From: Macrostomum lignano
Lineage: Eukaryota
Reading direction: 5' to 3'
DNA length: 64,000 nt
Assembly: GCA_002269645.1 (NCBI GenBank)
Contig: NIVC01000251.1
Coordinates: forward strand, 310,001 to 374,000
Shown piece by piece: positions 13,731 through 28,695 of the stretch (the stretch's first letter is position 1; each line of letters begins with the position of its first letter). The position numbers were made by a program, and so were the translations under genes. Below the pieces are notes generated by a model that worked only from the letters and a program-made list of their open reading frames with translations, was not told where the DNA came from and searched no databases.

Positions 13731-14322
13731 TTGTGGAAACATTTCGAGTTTAGGGAGGCTTCCTGCTTCCAAAGCTTCAGCTTCTTCAGCAATAAAGATG
13801 AACTAACTAGTTACGAGTAAACTTGTAGCTAAAATTCTCATCCACATATTATATATCCACATAAGAGAAGAAAACTTAGCCGACCGTTGAAATCCCAAGA
13901 ATCCGAGAGATAATTCCCAGAGAAAAAAAACACAACACAAAAATACTAAGTTAGAAACAAGAAAATGGAGTGTACAAGAAGGACACTAGGAGCGTTGCCA
14001 AAAAAGATTCTTTGCATTCCTGGAATCATTTTACATGCACACGCATACATAGTCGAAGTTTTCAGATTTTTAAGAAACGCGCTCTGTGTTAGTGTCCCTC
14101 TTGACTGATTCGTCTACCTTATTCTTACTTTTTTGCTGCGCTAGTCTTTCAAGCATTGCATCATCACCCCGACGCCGTCGGGACCTTCAACAGATGGCAA
14201 CAGGCGATTATTAACACATTGTCATGAATTTCTCTGATATCACTGACCAAGCTTCAATTCCGGGAAATGGCTTGGCATTTCTACCGGTAAACAGATACTG
14301 TTTTCCCCCGAATCCAACACTG

Positions 14323-14505
<183 letters not shown>

Positions 14506-16346
14506 AAAAGGACACTGAGAAAAAAAATTTATCTACCTGGTAAAAATATGACATATCATTTTTGAAGCAGAAATTCATTTCTCCTCCTTTACTGGCTGAA
14601 ATAATTGATCCCTCCGTATTTCCCATTCGCAATCCAGATTGTCAAACTAATCTCAATACAGGCTGAGGCCTTTGGCCAAGCCAGCAGCAGGCCTTACCCC
14701 GATTTCATTGGATTTTTGACTCGCTTCTTTCATTCTTCCCTCCTTCCTTCCTTCCCTTCTGGCCGGAGTCGCTGATGAAGCCTAAGAAAGATATCTCCTC
14801 GCTATCAAAGCAGAATCCCTACAATGCATTTCCCCGTATCAGATATCCCATCCTATTCACAGTCAGCATTATCCCGTGTACCTGCTTCCTGCCATTAAAA
14901 AATTCTATATCATAGCTATCTAGAAATTTCATTTAGTATTTTTAATACAATTTTTAGTAATAGTGGATACAACATATTACACAACTATAAGGTAAATTGA
15001 CTCACCAATTACTCGATAGGTAACTTCGTGATTGTCTTTGAAAATTTTCTCTAATACAAGTGCCTAAAATTTAAGGAATGAAAAAGTGACTATTAATATA
15101 CACGAAATATATACATTACTATAAGTAGCTACGTAACGAAAATCTAATCCGAAAAAAAGTCGTGAATCATTCGAGATAACGGCAAATAAAGAAAGTTGAG
15201 ACGAGATTAAACACCCATGCACAGCGAAGAGTACAAATGAAATGGAATGAATCAACGAAAAAAAACAGATAAAAACTGTTTCGAACTTCGAATTAACTTC
15301 ACTTTCTCCTATAGCCTAGCTAAAATTACTTTTTACTGACGTCATTAAGGCTTGAATTAACATTAAAATACGCTACGAAAACTGACAAAAGGCAGCTGTA
15401 AAATTTTATTTCGTAAATGATTCTCGATACGAGTCGAATCGGATGTAATTAGTCTTGGCTTGAGCTAGTAGCCCCAATTAGTTTTCTCTCCCTGGCCATG
15501 ACGTCAGGTCCCAATATGGGCTGCTCGGGCTATATGCCCCTGGTAGATGTGCCCCCTATATTCAGCAGCAGAGCCCTTCCCTGGGCTGATCCGCGGGAGC
15601 CTCTGGCTACCCACCCTCGTTTAACAACAGCAATTACGTTAGTTGATGTATTGCAGTTAAAGGAAACTAATCTTATATTTGGGTTTTTCAGATAAGTTAT
15701 AGCTTTATCACTATATGAGTGTACGTACATATGATTTGTTATCTGTGAGATAATTCTATCTTTGATTATTTATTCTACAATATTTTTAATTGTACAACCT
15801 CCTAACCTTTTAATTTATTAATTGATGTTATTCGTTACTGCTACTACTAGCTTTCGATTTGCAAAGATAACATTGACGAATTTTATCGGTTACACCATAA
15901 AAGTCGTAAACTTTGAACCTAAATATAGGCTTAGTTTAGTTTTATTGAGATAAATAAACGTTTAGCTTTGGCTCAGCCACAAGAATCTAATAATAACAGA
16001 CTGAACTTGCGTGGCGGTGGTTAGTGTTTGGACTTGGCAAAAAGGGGGGTGGCCGGGTGGGTCCCGTGCGCGGCGAGCGCGTATGGAGAAAATTTTGGCG
16101 ACCCACTATATGGACGATGGGGTGGTGGGTGGCAGGGGGGAGGCATGTACACTCCACAAGAGTGTACACTGGCCAGAGTGAGGAGGAGGGGTTGGACAAA
16201 ACTGTACACTTGCGAGTTTATATTTGCCACTGGCCTGTCCTTTTTATTTGTTGTGTGGCTAAAACGCGAGAAAGCGAAGCTAGGCTAGTTAATAGGGAGA
16301 AGGCAAGAAGGCAGAAACTGGCGCAGACGATTCTAAGTATCGAAGA

Positions 16347-18510
16347 ATGCAACGCCCATTTGCGGACAGTTTCGAGTCAAGTTCGGAAGATTCGCGTCAA
16401 GGCGGCCGAGGAGGAGCCGTTGCCGGCGGCATCATACCGGGAGAATTAGCGCCGGGAGGTGGTACACCAGCAATTTCGGAGACTCAGCTAGGCTCACGTC
16501 GAACAATTGCCAATATAACAGCTAAAGAATGGGCATTTCTAGCCATCACTGGAGCAGGCGTACTAGCCGGAGCAGCATTCGCTATCTATTTTCTGGCAAC
16601 GAATGCGGCAGATATGAACTCGGATTTCACGCTGGCACTATTGCTATTGATGAATGCGGGATTTGCCGCGTATTACCTACTCGATGGCGTATTTACTGAA
16701 CGAGCCTACGAACTATTAGCCTTAGTAGGTACAGAAATCATGCTACTAGTTTATTTAGTGGCAAATTTTGTCTACATGAAAGGCTGGGAATCGCCGGTGA
16801 AAATTGCCCGACTAACAACTGCCGGAGTATTGGCGCCGCCGTCTGTAGCGCTTGGCATCATGATTATTTACGAGTACTTTTCGTCCGGAAATTTCATTTT
16901 TAGAAAGGTAAAAATACAAAAGTGAATCTTGACACTAGACAGGAAATGGATAGTAAAAGCAGACTATGAGATAAAAGTAGACAGGCTGGGAAATAGAAGA
17001 CAGGTAGGTAGAACGTAGAAGTAGGCAGATGGAGGAACAGAAGTAGACATCGGAATAGAAGTGGGAGATAGAAGTAGACACAGGTGGGATAGTAGACATG
17101 GGGATAGAAGTAGACACAGAGTGGGATAGAAGTAGACATGAGGATAGACGTAGACACAGGTGGGATAGAAGTAGACATGGGGATAGACACAGGTGGGATA
17201 GAAGTAGACACCGGTTGGATAGAAGTAGACAGGTGGGATAGAAGTAGACAGGTGGGATAGAAGTAGACATGGGGATAGAAGTAGACACAGGTGGGATAGA
17301 AGTAGACATGGGGATAGAAGTAGATAGGTGGGATAGTAGACATGGGAATAGAAGTAGATAGGTGGGATAGAAGTAGACACAGGTGGGATAGAAGTAGACA
17401 CAGATGGGATAGAAGTAGACACAGGTGGGATAGAAGTAGCCACATGGGTGAAATAGAAATAGACACGTGGGTGGGATAGAAGTAGAGACGTGGGTGGGAT
17501 AGAAGTAGACACGTGGGTGGGATAGAAGTAGACACGTGGGGGGTAGAAGTAGACACGTGGACGGGATAGAAGTAGACACATGGGTGGGATAGAAGTAGAC
17601 ACGTGGACGGGATAGAAGTAGACACATGGGCGGGATAGAAGTAGACACGTGAGGGGATAGAAGTAGACGCGTGAGGGGATAAAAGTAGACACATGGGCGG
17701 GATAGAAGTAGACACGTAAGGGGATAGAAGACTAGAAGTAGACACGGATGGAATAGAAGTACACATGGGGATAGAAGTAAACGCATAGATGGAATAGAAG
17801 TAGACATATGGGTGGGATAGAAGTAGATTTGGGAGGATAGAAGTAGACACAAGGGGAGTGAAGTAGACACATGGGAGATAGAAGTAAACGTGGGGGAGTT
17901 AGTAGACCCTTGGTGGTTATTAGCTAAACAAAAGATGAATTTCATAAAGTTACTAATAATTTATTAACAAATAACAATTTACTAATTAAAACAGGTGGGC
18001 GCCGACGCCAGCCTGCAGCGTCTGTGTCGCCGACTATTCGCCACCGAGAGTGTGATAAAATTCGACTTACAAAGCACTCTATCAGTTGTACTACTAATAG
18101 TAAAGAGTGGCGCATTCAGTCTGGCTGAACAGTTGGCTCTAGGCCTGGGCATCGGATTATCGTTGCTATGGAACGGATTAGCAATAGTAGCTATCAGATT
18201 AGAGAACTATAGCCTAACCATAATCCTACTAATCACTGGATTAATCCAGCCGGCCTACATGACTTTTGTAGTAGTGGCCAATGTTGATTTGTTAGTAGAC
18301 ACTAATAATACTTTTATACCGGCTAACGCGGATTTCTCCAACGCCTCGCCGAATGTGTCCTTGGCAACCTCGCTATTCGCGTTGGTATTAAGATTTGGCC
18401 TATTAGGTCTAATGCTGCTGGCTATGCGTAACTATGGCAACGGATTGCGAAGGAAACTAGTGCCGCCAATATTGAGAAGATTAACTAGAGGCGAGTATGA
18501 AAGCGTTTGA
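16347..18510 (+). CDS. Multi-pass (about 7 TM) membrane protein resembling the UPF0658/DUF7789 family; 2 exons, about 358 aa
   Basis: Exons 16347-16907 and 17995-18510; phase-0 intron AAG|GTAAAA...AAACAG|GTG. The join gives GNFIFRK/VGADASLQRLCRRLFATESVIKFDLQ, resembling the family motif IYKxIGADxxLxxMYxxYxxFxSLLKFD. Also AIRLEN...QPAY and NYGNGLR near the end. Family call is from memory. Confidence 0.82.
16935..17900. repeat. About 17-20-bp degenerate minisatellite (GGGATAGAAGTAGACAC) filling the intron
   Basis: Occupies nearly all of the 1087-bp intron 16908-17994. Confidence 0.93.
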
Positions 18511-18954
18511 CTTCAATAATTGAATTACTTATTAAACTCGAACTGACAATTTTATTCACTTACATCACACTATATTGTTGTAAATTTATTATTATCAGAT
18601 TTGATTTTTTAAGAAACCTTCATCATTGAAAGTCTTATAATACGTGTAATTTCATTCCACTTCCATTTTCTAATTACTCGTACATATTGTTTATAAATTA
18701 TTTTAGATTACAAAGTTCTGTGTCTTTTTAAGCGGTTTTTTTAATAGCCGGTGTTACAGAGTAAAGTATTAAATGACACAATAGGAACTACTATAAAAAT
18801 ATGTCAATTGATCCCATACTGATCTCATTGCACTATTTTACTACAATTATGAAATTTTCTACAATTCCAATACATTGTTCATTTTTCACTCCTTTTTGTT
18901 CAATACGTAAAAATACTACGCTGCAATCTGAGTAAACGGATCTAGGAGGGGGAC

Positions 18955-20845
18955 TGAAGATCCAGCAACTGAGGATCTGGGAGGCTGGTGGTCCAGCAAC
19001 TGAGGATCTGGGAGGCTGGTGGTCCAGCAACACAGGATCTGGGCCGCTGGCCCAGCAACTGAGGATCTGGGAGGCTGGCACAGCAACTGAGGATCTGGGA
19101 GGAGGCCCAGCAACTGAGGATCTGGGAGGCTGGCCCAGCAACTGAGGATCTGGGAGGCTGGCCCAGCAACTGAGCATCTTGGAGGCTGGCCCAGCAACTG
19201 AGCATCTGGGAGGCTGGCCCAGCAACTGAGCATCTGGGAGGCTGGCCCAGCAACTGAGCATCTGGGAGGAGGCCCAGCAACTGAGGATCTGGGAGGCTGG
19301 CCCAGCAACTGAGCATCTGGGAGGAGGCCCAGCAACTGAGGATCTGGGAGGCTGGCCCAGCAACTGAGGATCTGGGCGGCTGGCCCAGCAACTGAGACTC
19401 TGGGAGGCTGGCCTAGCAACTGACACTCTGGGAGGCTCAACCAGCAACTGACACTCTGGGAGGCTCAACCAGCAACTGAGACTCTGGGAGGCTGGCCCAG
19501 CAACTGACACTCTGGGAGGCTGGCCCAGCAACTGAGGATCTGGGAGGCTCGCCCAGCAACTGAGGATCTGGGAGGCTGGCCCAGAAACTGACACTCTGGG
19601 AGGCTGGCCCAGCAACTGACACTCTGGGAGGCTGGCCCAGCAACTGAGGATCTGGGAGGCTCGCCCAGCAACTGAGGATCTGGGAGGCTGGCCCAGAAAC
19701 TGACACTCTGGGAGGCTCAACCAGCAACTGAGACTCTGGGAGGCTGGCCCAGCAACTGAGGATCTGGGAGGCTCGCCCAGCAACTGAGGATCTGGAAGGC
19801 TGGCCCAGAAACTGACACTCTGGGAGGCTGGCCCAGCAACTGACACTCTGGGAGGCTGGCCTAGCAACTGACACTCTGGGAGGCTCAACCAGCAACTGAC
19901 ACTCTGGGAGGCTCAACCAGCAACTGAGGATCTGGGAGGCTGGCCAGCAACTGACACTCTGGGAGGCTCAACCAGCAACTGAGGATCTGGGAGGCTGGCC
20001 CATCAACTGACACTCTGGGAGGCTCAACCAGCAACTGAGACTCTGGGAGGCTCAACCAGCAACTGAGACTCTGGGAGGCTCAACCAGCAACTGAGGATCT
20101 GGGAGGCTCAACCAGCAACTGACACTCTGGGAGGCTGGCCCAGCAACTGAGCATCTGGGAGGCTGGTGGTCCAGCAACTGAGGATCTGGGAGGCTGGTGG
20201 TCCAGCAACTGAGGATCTGGGAGGCTGGCCCAGCAACTGACACTCTGGGAGGCTGGCCCAGCAACTGAGCATCTGGGAGGCTGGTGGTCCAGCAACTGAG
20301 GATCTGGGAGGCTGGCCCAGCAACTGAGCATCTGGGAGGAGGCCCAGCAACTGAGGATCTGGGAGGCTGGACCAGCAACTGAGGATCTGGGAGGAGGCCC
20401 AGCAACTGAGGATCTGGGAGGCTGGCCCAGCAACTGAGACTCTGGGAGGCTGGCCTAGCAACTGACACTCTGGGAGGCTGGCCCAACAACTGACACTCTG
20501 GGAGGCTCAACCAGCAACTGACACTCTGGGAGGCTCAACCAGCAACTGACACTCTGGGAGGCTCAACCAGCAACTGACACTCTGGGAGGCTCAACCAGCA
20601 ACTGACACTCTGGGAGGCTCAACCAGCAACTGAGGATCTGGGAGGCTCAACCAGCAACTGAGGATCTGGGAGGCTCAACCAGCAACTGAGGATCTGGGAG
20701 GCTCAACCAGCAACTGACACTCTGGGAGGCTCAACCAGCAACTGACACTCTGGGAGGCTGGCCCAGCAACTGACACTCTGGGAGGCTCAACCAGCAACTG
20801 GGGATCTGGGAACGTGGTGGCTCAGCAACTGAGGATCAGGGAAGC
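18955..20845. repeat. 28-bp minisatellite (CAGCAACTGAGGATCTGGGAGGCTGGCC)n, reverse complement of the 10.7-11.4 kb family
   Basis: Reverse complement GGCCAGCCTCCCAGATCCTCAGTTGCTG nearly equals the 11.3 kb unit. Confidence 0.96.
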
Positions 20846-21369
20846 TGCCACCCAAGTGTTAAGATAATTTTAGTATAAAACACATTTAGACGCACCGAAA
20901 CTCTACGATAAAAATAATGAAGCTGTCTTAAAAAAGCAGCTGGATGCCACGCGTAACATTACGAGAATTATTCAAGACTCAAAACAAAAAATGATTTATG
21001 TTTGGAAAAATCCTTGCACGACGTGAGTTGCAAACGATTAGTAAGATTAAACAAAAGAAATGGAAATTCACCGGAAGAAATCTATGGGACCCACTGAATA
21101 AAAAAATTCCATTCACTGACTGATTCTTAGCTTAGTTTCCAGTGCACAGGCAGATTGACTGGCAATCATTGCTTCAAATAAGCCTGCGCACGTTGTAAAC
21201 CAAAAAACGAAGCTGAAATTATAACAAAAATAATGTTCATATAAATAGATTCCTAATAAAAACAGAATTTTAATCTATCCAGTAACTTTGCATTTATACT
21301 TCAAATAGTTCACATGAGAATTCGTTTCTGCATGATCTGAACAGATTGTGAAGTTTATACTTGAACTAA

Positions 21370-22160
21370 CTTAATTTGACCTTAACTGACCTTTCTATTT
21401 GACCTCTTACTGATCTTACTATTTGACCTTAACTTACCTTTCTATTTGACCTTAACTGACCTTTCTATTAGAACTGAACTGATCTTTATATTTAACCTGA
21501 ACTGATCTTTATATTTGACCTCAACTGATCTTTATATTTGACCTCAACTGATCTTTATATTTGACTTTAACTGACCTTTCTGACCTTTCTATTTGACCTC
21601 AACTAACCTTTCTATTTGACCTCAACCAACTTTTTCATTTGACCGTAACTTACTTTTCTATTTGACCTTAACTGACCTCTCTATTTGACCTCAACTGATC
21701 TTACTATTTGACCTCAACTGACCTTTCTATTTGACCTCAACTGACCTTTCTATTTGACCTCAACTGACCTTTCTATTTGACCTCAACTGACCTTTCTATT
21801 TGACCTCAACCAACTTTTTCATTTGACCGTAACTTACTTTTCTATTTGACCTTAACTGACCTCTCTATTTGACCTCAACTGATCTTACTATTTGACCTCA
21901 ACTGACCTTTCTATTTGACCTAAACTGACCTTTCTATTTGACCTCAACTGACCTTTCTATTTGACCTCAACTGACCTTTCTATTTGACCTCAACTGACCT
22001 TTCTATTTGACCTTAACTGACCTTTCTGACCTTCTATTTGACCTCAACTGACCTTTCTATTTGACCTCAACTGACCTTTCTATTTGACTTAAACTGACCT
22101 TTCTATTTGACCTCAACTGATCTTTCTTCTTGACCTGAACTGATCTTTCTATTCAACTTA
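21370..22160. repeat. 23-bp minisatellite (GACCTCAACTGACCTTTCTATTT)n
   Basis: Tandem units visible. Confidence 0.93.
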
Positions 22161-22614
22161 AACTAACTCTGCATTCTGGCCTAAACTGAATTAGTCTTTT
22201 AAAATTCCTTCAGAGGTATTGTTAATACCATAGCATAAATAATTGACTCAATATCTCACCTTTTCCAGTTTCAGATCCCGGCGAATAATCGTTTTGCCAT
22301 GCGATTCTCATAAAAATAGTACAGCGCCAGTGATATGATCTCAACTTCTCAGCTTTAGAGTCGATTAGAGTTGAGCATAATCACCAACTGATTCTTGTAT
22401 CAAATTTGTACGCAAAAAACTTCCTCGTTTTAGTTGAAAAGTACCACAGTTTGAAGACATTGGCAGTCTTGTTTCTGCAGTGTATTGTTGGGTTTTGAGG
22501 CATTAGTAGACTGTTAATGATCAGTAGGTAAAATCAAGTCTTGACTGCAAATCTATTGAATTTAGTACACCGTAAACGGTAGAAGTGGGGAAAATTCCTA
22601 AAATCAGAGAAAAT

Positions 22615-23465
22615 GCACTTGCATAGTCTGAAGATCTGTGAAGGGTGCTTGAATAGTCTGAAGATCTGTGAAGGGTGCTTGCATAGTCTGAAGATCTGTG
22701 AAGGGTGCTTGAATAGTCTGAAGATCTGTGAAGGGTGCTTGCATAGTATGAGGATCTGTGAAGGGTGCTTGAATAGTCTGAAGATCTGTGAAGGGTGCTT
22801 GCATAGTCTGAAGATCTGTGAAGGGTGCTTGCATAGTCTGAAGATCTGTGAAGGGTGCTTGAATAGTCTGAAGATCTGTGAAGGGTGCTTGCATAGTCTG
22901 AAGATCTGTGAAGGGTGCTTGCATAGTATGAGGATCTGTGAAGGGTGCTTGCATAGTATGAGGATCTGTGAAGGATGCTTGCATAGTATGAGGATCTGTG
23001 AAGGGTGCTTGCATAGTATGAGGATCTGTAAAGGGTGCTTGCATAGTATGAGGATCTGTGAAGGGTGCTTGCATAGTATGAGGATTTGTGAAGGGTGCTT
23101 GTATAGTATGAGGATCTGTGAAGGGTGCTTGCATAGTCTGAGGATCTGTGAAGGGTGCTTGCATAGTATGAGGATCTGTGAAGGGTGCTTGCATAGTCTG
23201 AGGATCTGTGAAGGGTGCTTGCATAGTCTGAGGATCTGTGAAGGGTGCTTGCATAGTCTGAGGATCTGTGAAGGGTGCTTGCATAGTCTGAGGATCTGTG
23301 AAGGGTGCTTGCATAGTCTGAGGATCTGTGAAGGGTGCTTGAATAGTATGAGGATCTGTGAAGGGTGCTTGCATAGTATGAGGATCTGTGAAGGGTGCTT
23401 GCATAGTCGGATGGATCTGTGAAGGGTGCTTGCATAGTCTGAGGATCTGTGAAGGGAGCTTGCAG
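22615..23465. repeat. 30-bp minisatellite (GCATAGTCTGAGGATCTGTGAAGGGTGCTT)n
   Basis: Highly homogeneous tandem units. Confidence 0.97.
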
Positions 23466-24299
23466 AATGCCAGGATCTTTGGGGGTTATATAGTGTTTTT
23501 TTTGCCATACATACTACTTACAGCAGAGTAGCAATGTGTCTCACTAAGCAACCAGCTAAATAATGTAAAAAGTTGGAAAAGCAAGTATTCGAAACTCGTT
23601 GGGTGATTAAACATCAAAGTTATGGGCTATGATAATTTAGCGGTTATACGTAAAGGTCGGCTATATTTTATTTAGGCATGCTGACCTCGAAGCAGCTAAG
23701 AACTGATAAACAGAAAAAGGTTGGATCGTTACAAAAAGCGATTATGTGCGTTACAAAATTTATCGGAAAATATAAACTATTAGAAAAATTATTATCATGT
23801 CGCTACATACTACTTATATACGCAAGAAAAATATTATGAGAAAGATTGTGTTTGTTAAACTTTTCGGATAAAAATGCATTGTTTTATAACTTTTATTAAA
23901 TATTATTGCACTAATTATTACACATAAATTATGACTCCATATTGGAAGGTTGGAAAGTTTACTGGTAAAAACATAAGTTAATTTAAACGAAAAATCGCAA
24001 GCACCTTACTAAGAAATATTTCAGCTAATAAATGCCTTACAAACTAAATACATTTTGACTCCTAAAAAGTAGGATTATTAAATTATAGAAAAATAAAATT
24101 AATTTGACACACTTCATTGAATAACTACGAAACAATGACTATTATTAATAGCACAACAACAGATTTAATGAAAAAAGCAAAAAATAAGCGAAATATAAAA
24201 GACTAACCTTAAGTCCTCGACTTGCAGCAGCTGTTTAAAAAATAACCAATGACCTGTCTGCTTCACTTTAGATTTTAATAACATAGACTCATTACATAG

Positions 24300-25580
24300 T
24301 CCTCAGATAACCTTGACCCACTGACCTGCTTGACCTCAGATAACCTTGACCTACCAACCTGCTTGACCTTAAATAACCTTGACCTTCCAACCTGCTTGAA
24401 CTCAGATAAACTTGATCTTCCAACTTGCTTGACCTCAGATAACCCTGACCTTCCAACCTGCTTGACCTCAGATAACCTTGACCTTCCAACCTGCTTGAAC
24501 TCAGATAACCTTGACCTTCCAACCTGCTTGAACTCAGATAAACTTGATCTTCCAACTTGCTTGACCTCAGATAAACCTGACCTACCAACCTGCTTGACCT
24601 CAGATAACCTTGACCCACTGACCTGCTTGACCTCAGATAACCTTGACCTTCTAACCTGCTTGACCTCAGATAACCTTGACCTTCCAACCTGCTTGACCTT
24701 AGATGATAACCGTGACCTACCAACCTGCTTGACCTTAAATAACCTTGACCTTCCAACCTGCTTGAACTCAGATAAACTTGATCTTCCAACTTGCTTGACC
24801 TCAGATAACCCTGACCTTCCAACCTGCTTGACCTCAGATAACCTTGACCTTCCAACCTGCTTGACCTTAGATAACCTTGACCTTCCAACCTGCTTGACCT
24901 TAGATAACCTTGACCTTCCAACCTGCTTGACCTTAGATAACCTTGACCTTCCAACCTGCTTGACCTCAGATAACCTTGACCTTCCAACCTGCTTGACCTC
25001 AGATAACCTTGACCTTCCAACCTGCTTGACCTTAGATAACCTTGACCTTCCAACCTGCTTGACCTCAGATAACCCTGACCTTCCAACCTGCTTGACCTCA
25101 GATAACCTTGACCTTCCAACCTGCTTGACCTTAGATGATAACCGTGACCTACCAACCTGCTTGACCTTAGATAACCTTGACCTTCCAACCTGCTTGACCT
25201 TAGATAACCTTGACCTTCCAACCTGCTTGACCTCAGATAACCTTGACCTTCCAACCTGCTTGACCTTAGATGATAACCGTGACCTACCAACCTACTTGAC
25301 CTCAGATAACCTTGACCTTCCAACCTGCTTGACCTTAGATAACCTTGACCTTCCAACCAGCTTGACCTCAGATAACCTTGACCTTCCAACCTGCTTGACC
25401 TTAGATGATAACCGAGACCTACCAACCTACTTGACCTCAGATAACCTTGACCTTCCAACCTGCTTGACCTTAGATAACCTTGACCTTCCAACCTGCTTGA
25501 CCTTAGATAACCTTGACCTTCCAACCTTCTTGACCTTAGATAACCTTGACCTACCAACCTGCTTGACCTCAGATAACCTT
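24300..25580. repeat. 33-bp minisatellite (TGACCTCAGATAACCTTGACCTTCCAACCTGCT)n
   Basis: Tandem units, some 36-bp variants; lies about 200 bp beyond the plk1 stop. Confidence 0.97.
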
Positions 25581-25778
25581 GTCCTATTAGACCCTGTTGA
25601 CCCTGACATGAGAATCGACATAAAAAACAAAAATAGGTCAAATCGACAAAGGTAAATTAACTCGTATTGCAGAAAAACAGATTTTGAAATTGTTTAGCAG
25701 TCAAGAGAGAAAATACGAATAAGAAATCAAGCGCTCAAGTCGTCTAATTGTCGCACTGGAGTTGATAAAGTACACTCA

Positions 25779-28555
25779 CTACTTGGTTGTCGGGATCAGA
25801 GCGTCCGGGGCTTTCACCCGGCCATTGCCGCACAGCTCAGCCCGTAGCATCCGATCCAGCATCTCCTTAGCAAAATTGAGCCGCTCGGTGAGCGCCGCTG
25901 TCATGCCATGAATGGCCAGCAGCCGGAATCGATAAGTGGTGAACACTCGCTTCTCGTCAATGTAGGAGACGGCCTCCATGTTTGGGCACAAGATGATCTT
26001 GGTGTGGTCTTTGAAGAAGTTCAGCTGGGAAGAATAGTTGAGGGTAGCGTTGTTTTGAGCCGGGTTTTTTAGATATTAGTGAGCATAGTTGATAAAAATT
26101 TGTCATGCAGTAAGTCACGAAATATGTTACTCAATGAGTCACTGAATGTGTCACTAACCGAGTCACTGAATGTGTCACTAACCGAGTCACTGAATGTGTC
26201 ACTAACCGAGTCACTGAATGTGTCACTAACTGAGTCACTGAATGTGTCACTAACTGAGTCACTGAATGTGTCACTAACTGAGTCACTGAATGTGTCACTA
26301 ACTGAGTCACTGAATATGTCACTAACTGAGTCACTGAATGTGTCACTAACTGAGTCACTGAATGTGTCACTAACTGAGTCACTGAATGTGTCACTAACTG
26401 AGTCACTGAGTGTGTCACTAACTGAGTCACTGAATGTGTCACTAACTGAGTCACTGAATATGTCACTAACTGAGTCACTGAATGTGTCACTAACTGAGTC
26501 ACTGAATGTGTCACTAACTGAGTCACTGAATATGTCACTAACTGAGTCACTGAATGTGTCACAAAGTGAGTCACTAAATGTATCACTAATTGAGTCACTA
26601 AATGTATCACTAATTGAGTCACTCAATATGTTACTCAATGAGTCTCCCTAGATGATTCGCCTAATGAGTCACGAAGTGAGTCATTAAATGTGTCACTAAG
26701 TGAGTCACTAAAGTGAGTCATTAAATATGTCACTAAGTGAGTCACTAAAGTGAGTTATTAAATGTGTCATTAAGTGGGTCACCTTATGGGTCACCAAACG
26801 GTCACTAAATACCTGCTACAAAAAATGCTCACCTGCAGAATTCCGTTATTCAAATACATAACCATAGCGTGCTTGGTTCGAAACCAGGCTGACAGCACTG
26901 GCAATCTGGCAAACTTGTCAGACTCCTTCGGCGCCATATCCTGACCAGTAGTGAGCAGATGCTCCATCATGTAGGTGCGAAAATATTCCAACAGAAGCAT
27001 TTTCTTCTGCAGCTCGGCTGGCGGAGCTTCATTCTTGTTAAAGAATAACTCACGATTGTCTCTCTTATAGTACTGGATGTTCTGCTGATTGGCTGACAGA
27101 ATTAGTTTCGTACAGTCGTTGAACAGCACGCCAACGGAATTGTCGCACAGCTGATAGCCCAGACCGTATTTGTCGGAATAGTCGACCCACTTGCCAACCC
27201 AATAGATTGGGGTGCTGGCTGGGTCCTCAGCGTCCGACATCTGCTCCTTGCTTACCTGGCGAATGCGTTTAGATATGGGGATGCAACGGGTTTCAGTCTT
27301 GAAGAGAGTTGGTCCCCCATCTTCACAAATCCTTTATCTACAAGCAGGCCCCTAATCTTCACAAATCCCTAATCTTCACAAATCCCCTATCTTCACAAAT
27401 CCCCTATCTTCACAAATCTCCCATATCTTCATAAATCCCCCACATCTTCACAAATCCCTCCATATCTTCACAAATCCCCCACATCTTCACAAATCCCCCA
27501 CATCTTCACAAATCCCTCCATATCTTCACAAATCCCCCATATCTTCACAAATCCCCCACATCTTCACAAATCCCCCATATCTTCACAAATCCCCCATATC
27601 TTCACAAATCCCACCAGATCTTCAAAAATTCCCCATATCTTCACAAATCCCACCAGATCTTCAAAAATTCCCCATATCTTCACAAAGCCCCCCATATCTT
27701 CACAAATCCCCCATATCTTCACAAATCCCACCAGATCTTCACAAATCCCTCTAGATCTTCACAAATCCAAATTAAAAAAAACTCCTGAATGAGTAAAATC
27801 ATATTGTCTAAAATTACAAAAATCTCAAATAGGCCTTCAATAAACCAAACAAGTACTCACGGGCCCAGCTTGAGCAGTAGGACTAGCCAACAGAGTAGCC
27901 AACTGTTCGAATAGCATCTGCTGATTAACTTTATCAGTCTGCCTGCTAGGCAACAGCTGCCCATTGCTATTCTCTCGCGGTTGCAGCACTACAGCCGGTG
28001 GATTGTTGCTAGCCGCCTCGGAGAGACCAGCTTTACCAGCAGCATTAGTAGGCCGCACCTGGTCCTTCTTCTCCTGTTGCTCCTGCGGTCGCATCTCCTC
28101 GTCTTCGGCGGCGATAGCGCTAGTATTGCGAATATTACGCAAAGCCTGCCTAGCCGGATCGTCTAATCTTGGCGTTACGGTGAGCACAGACTCCGGTAGA
28201 GAGGGGAGAATTGGCTGCAAACTGAAGAACGGATCGTGCGGCATAGCGAAGACGCTTGGACGGAGCTGAGGCTGCGATTGCAGCATGGAACGGATGAAGG
28301 CGGCCACGACCGGGTTCAAGCTGCTGGGAATCTGCGGCCGGATTGGAAGAAGGAGTGAAATTTTTAATGATTTTACACCTATATGTATCGAAAAGAATGT
28401 AGCAATTGAAATTTGTCAACTTGATAATAGCATGTACGCAATTTATGACGACGATGAATTCAATCAATGCCGTTGTACATCATGTGTAGTCTGGAAGTCT
28501 GGGTGTTTCTGTGTGTCCCTGTCTGTCTGTCTGCCTCTCTGTCTGTCTGCCTCAC

Positions 28556-28605
<50 letters not shown>

Positions 28606-28642
28606 GGGAGCTTCTGTGTGTCCCTGTCTGTCTGTCTGCCTC

Positions 28643-28695
<53 letters not shown>

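Noticed and set aside
24292-25655. Frame-preserving 36-bp variants in the 33-bp array as evidence of coding constraint
   Set aside because: One +3 event copied by unit duplication explains all of them.
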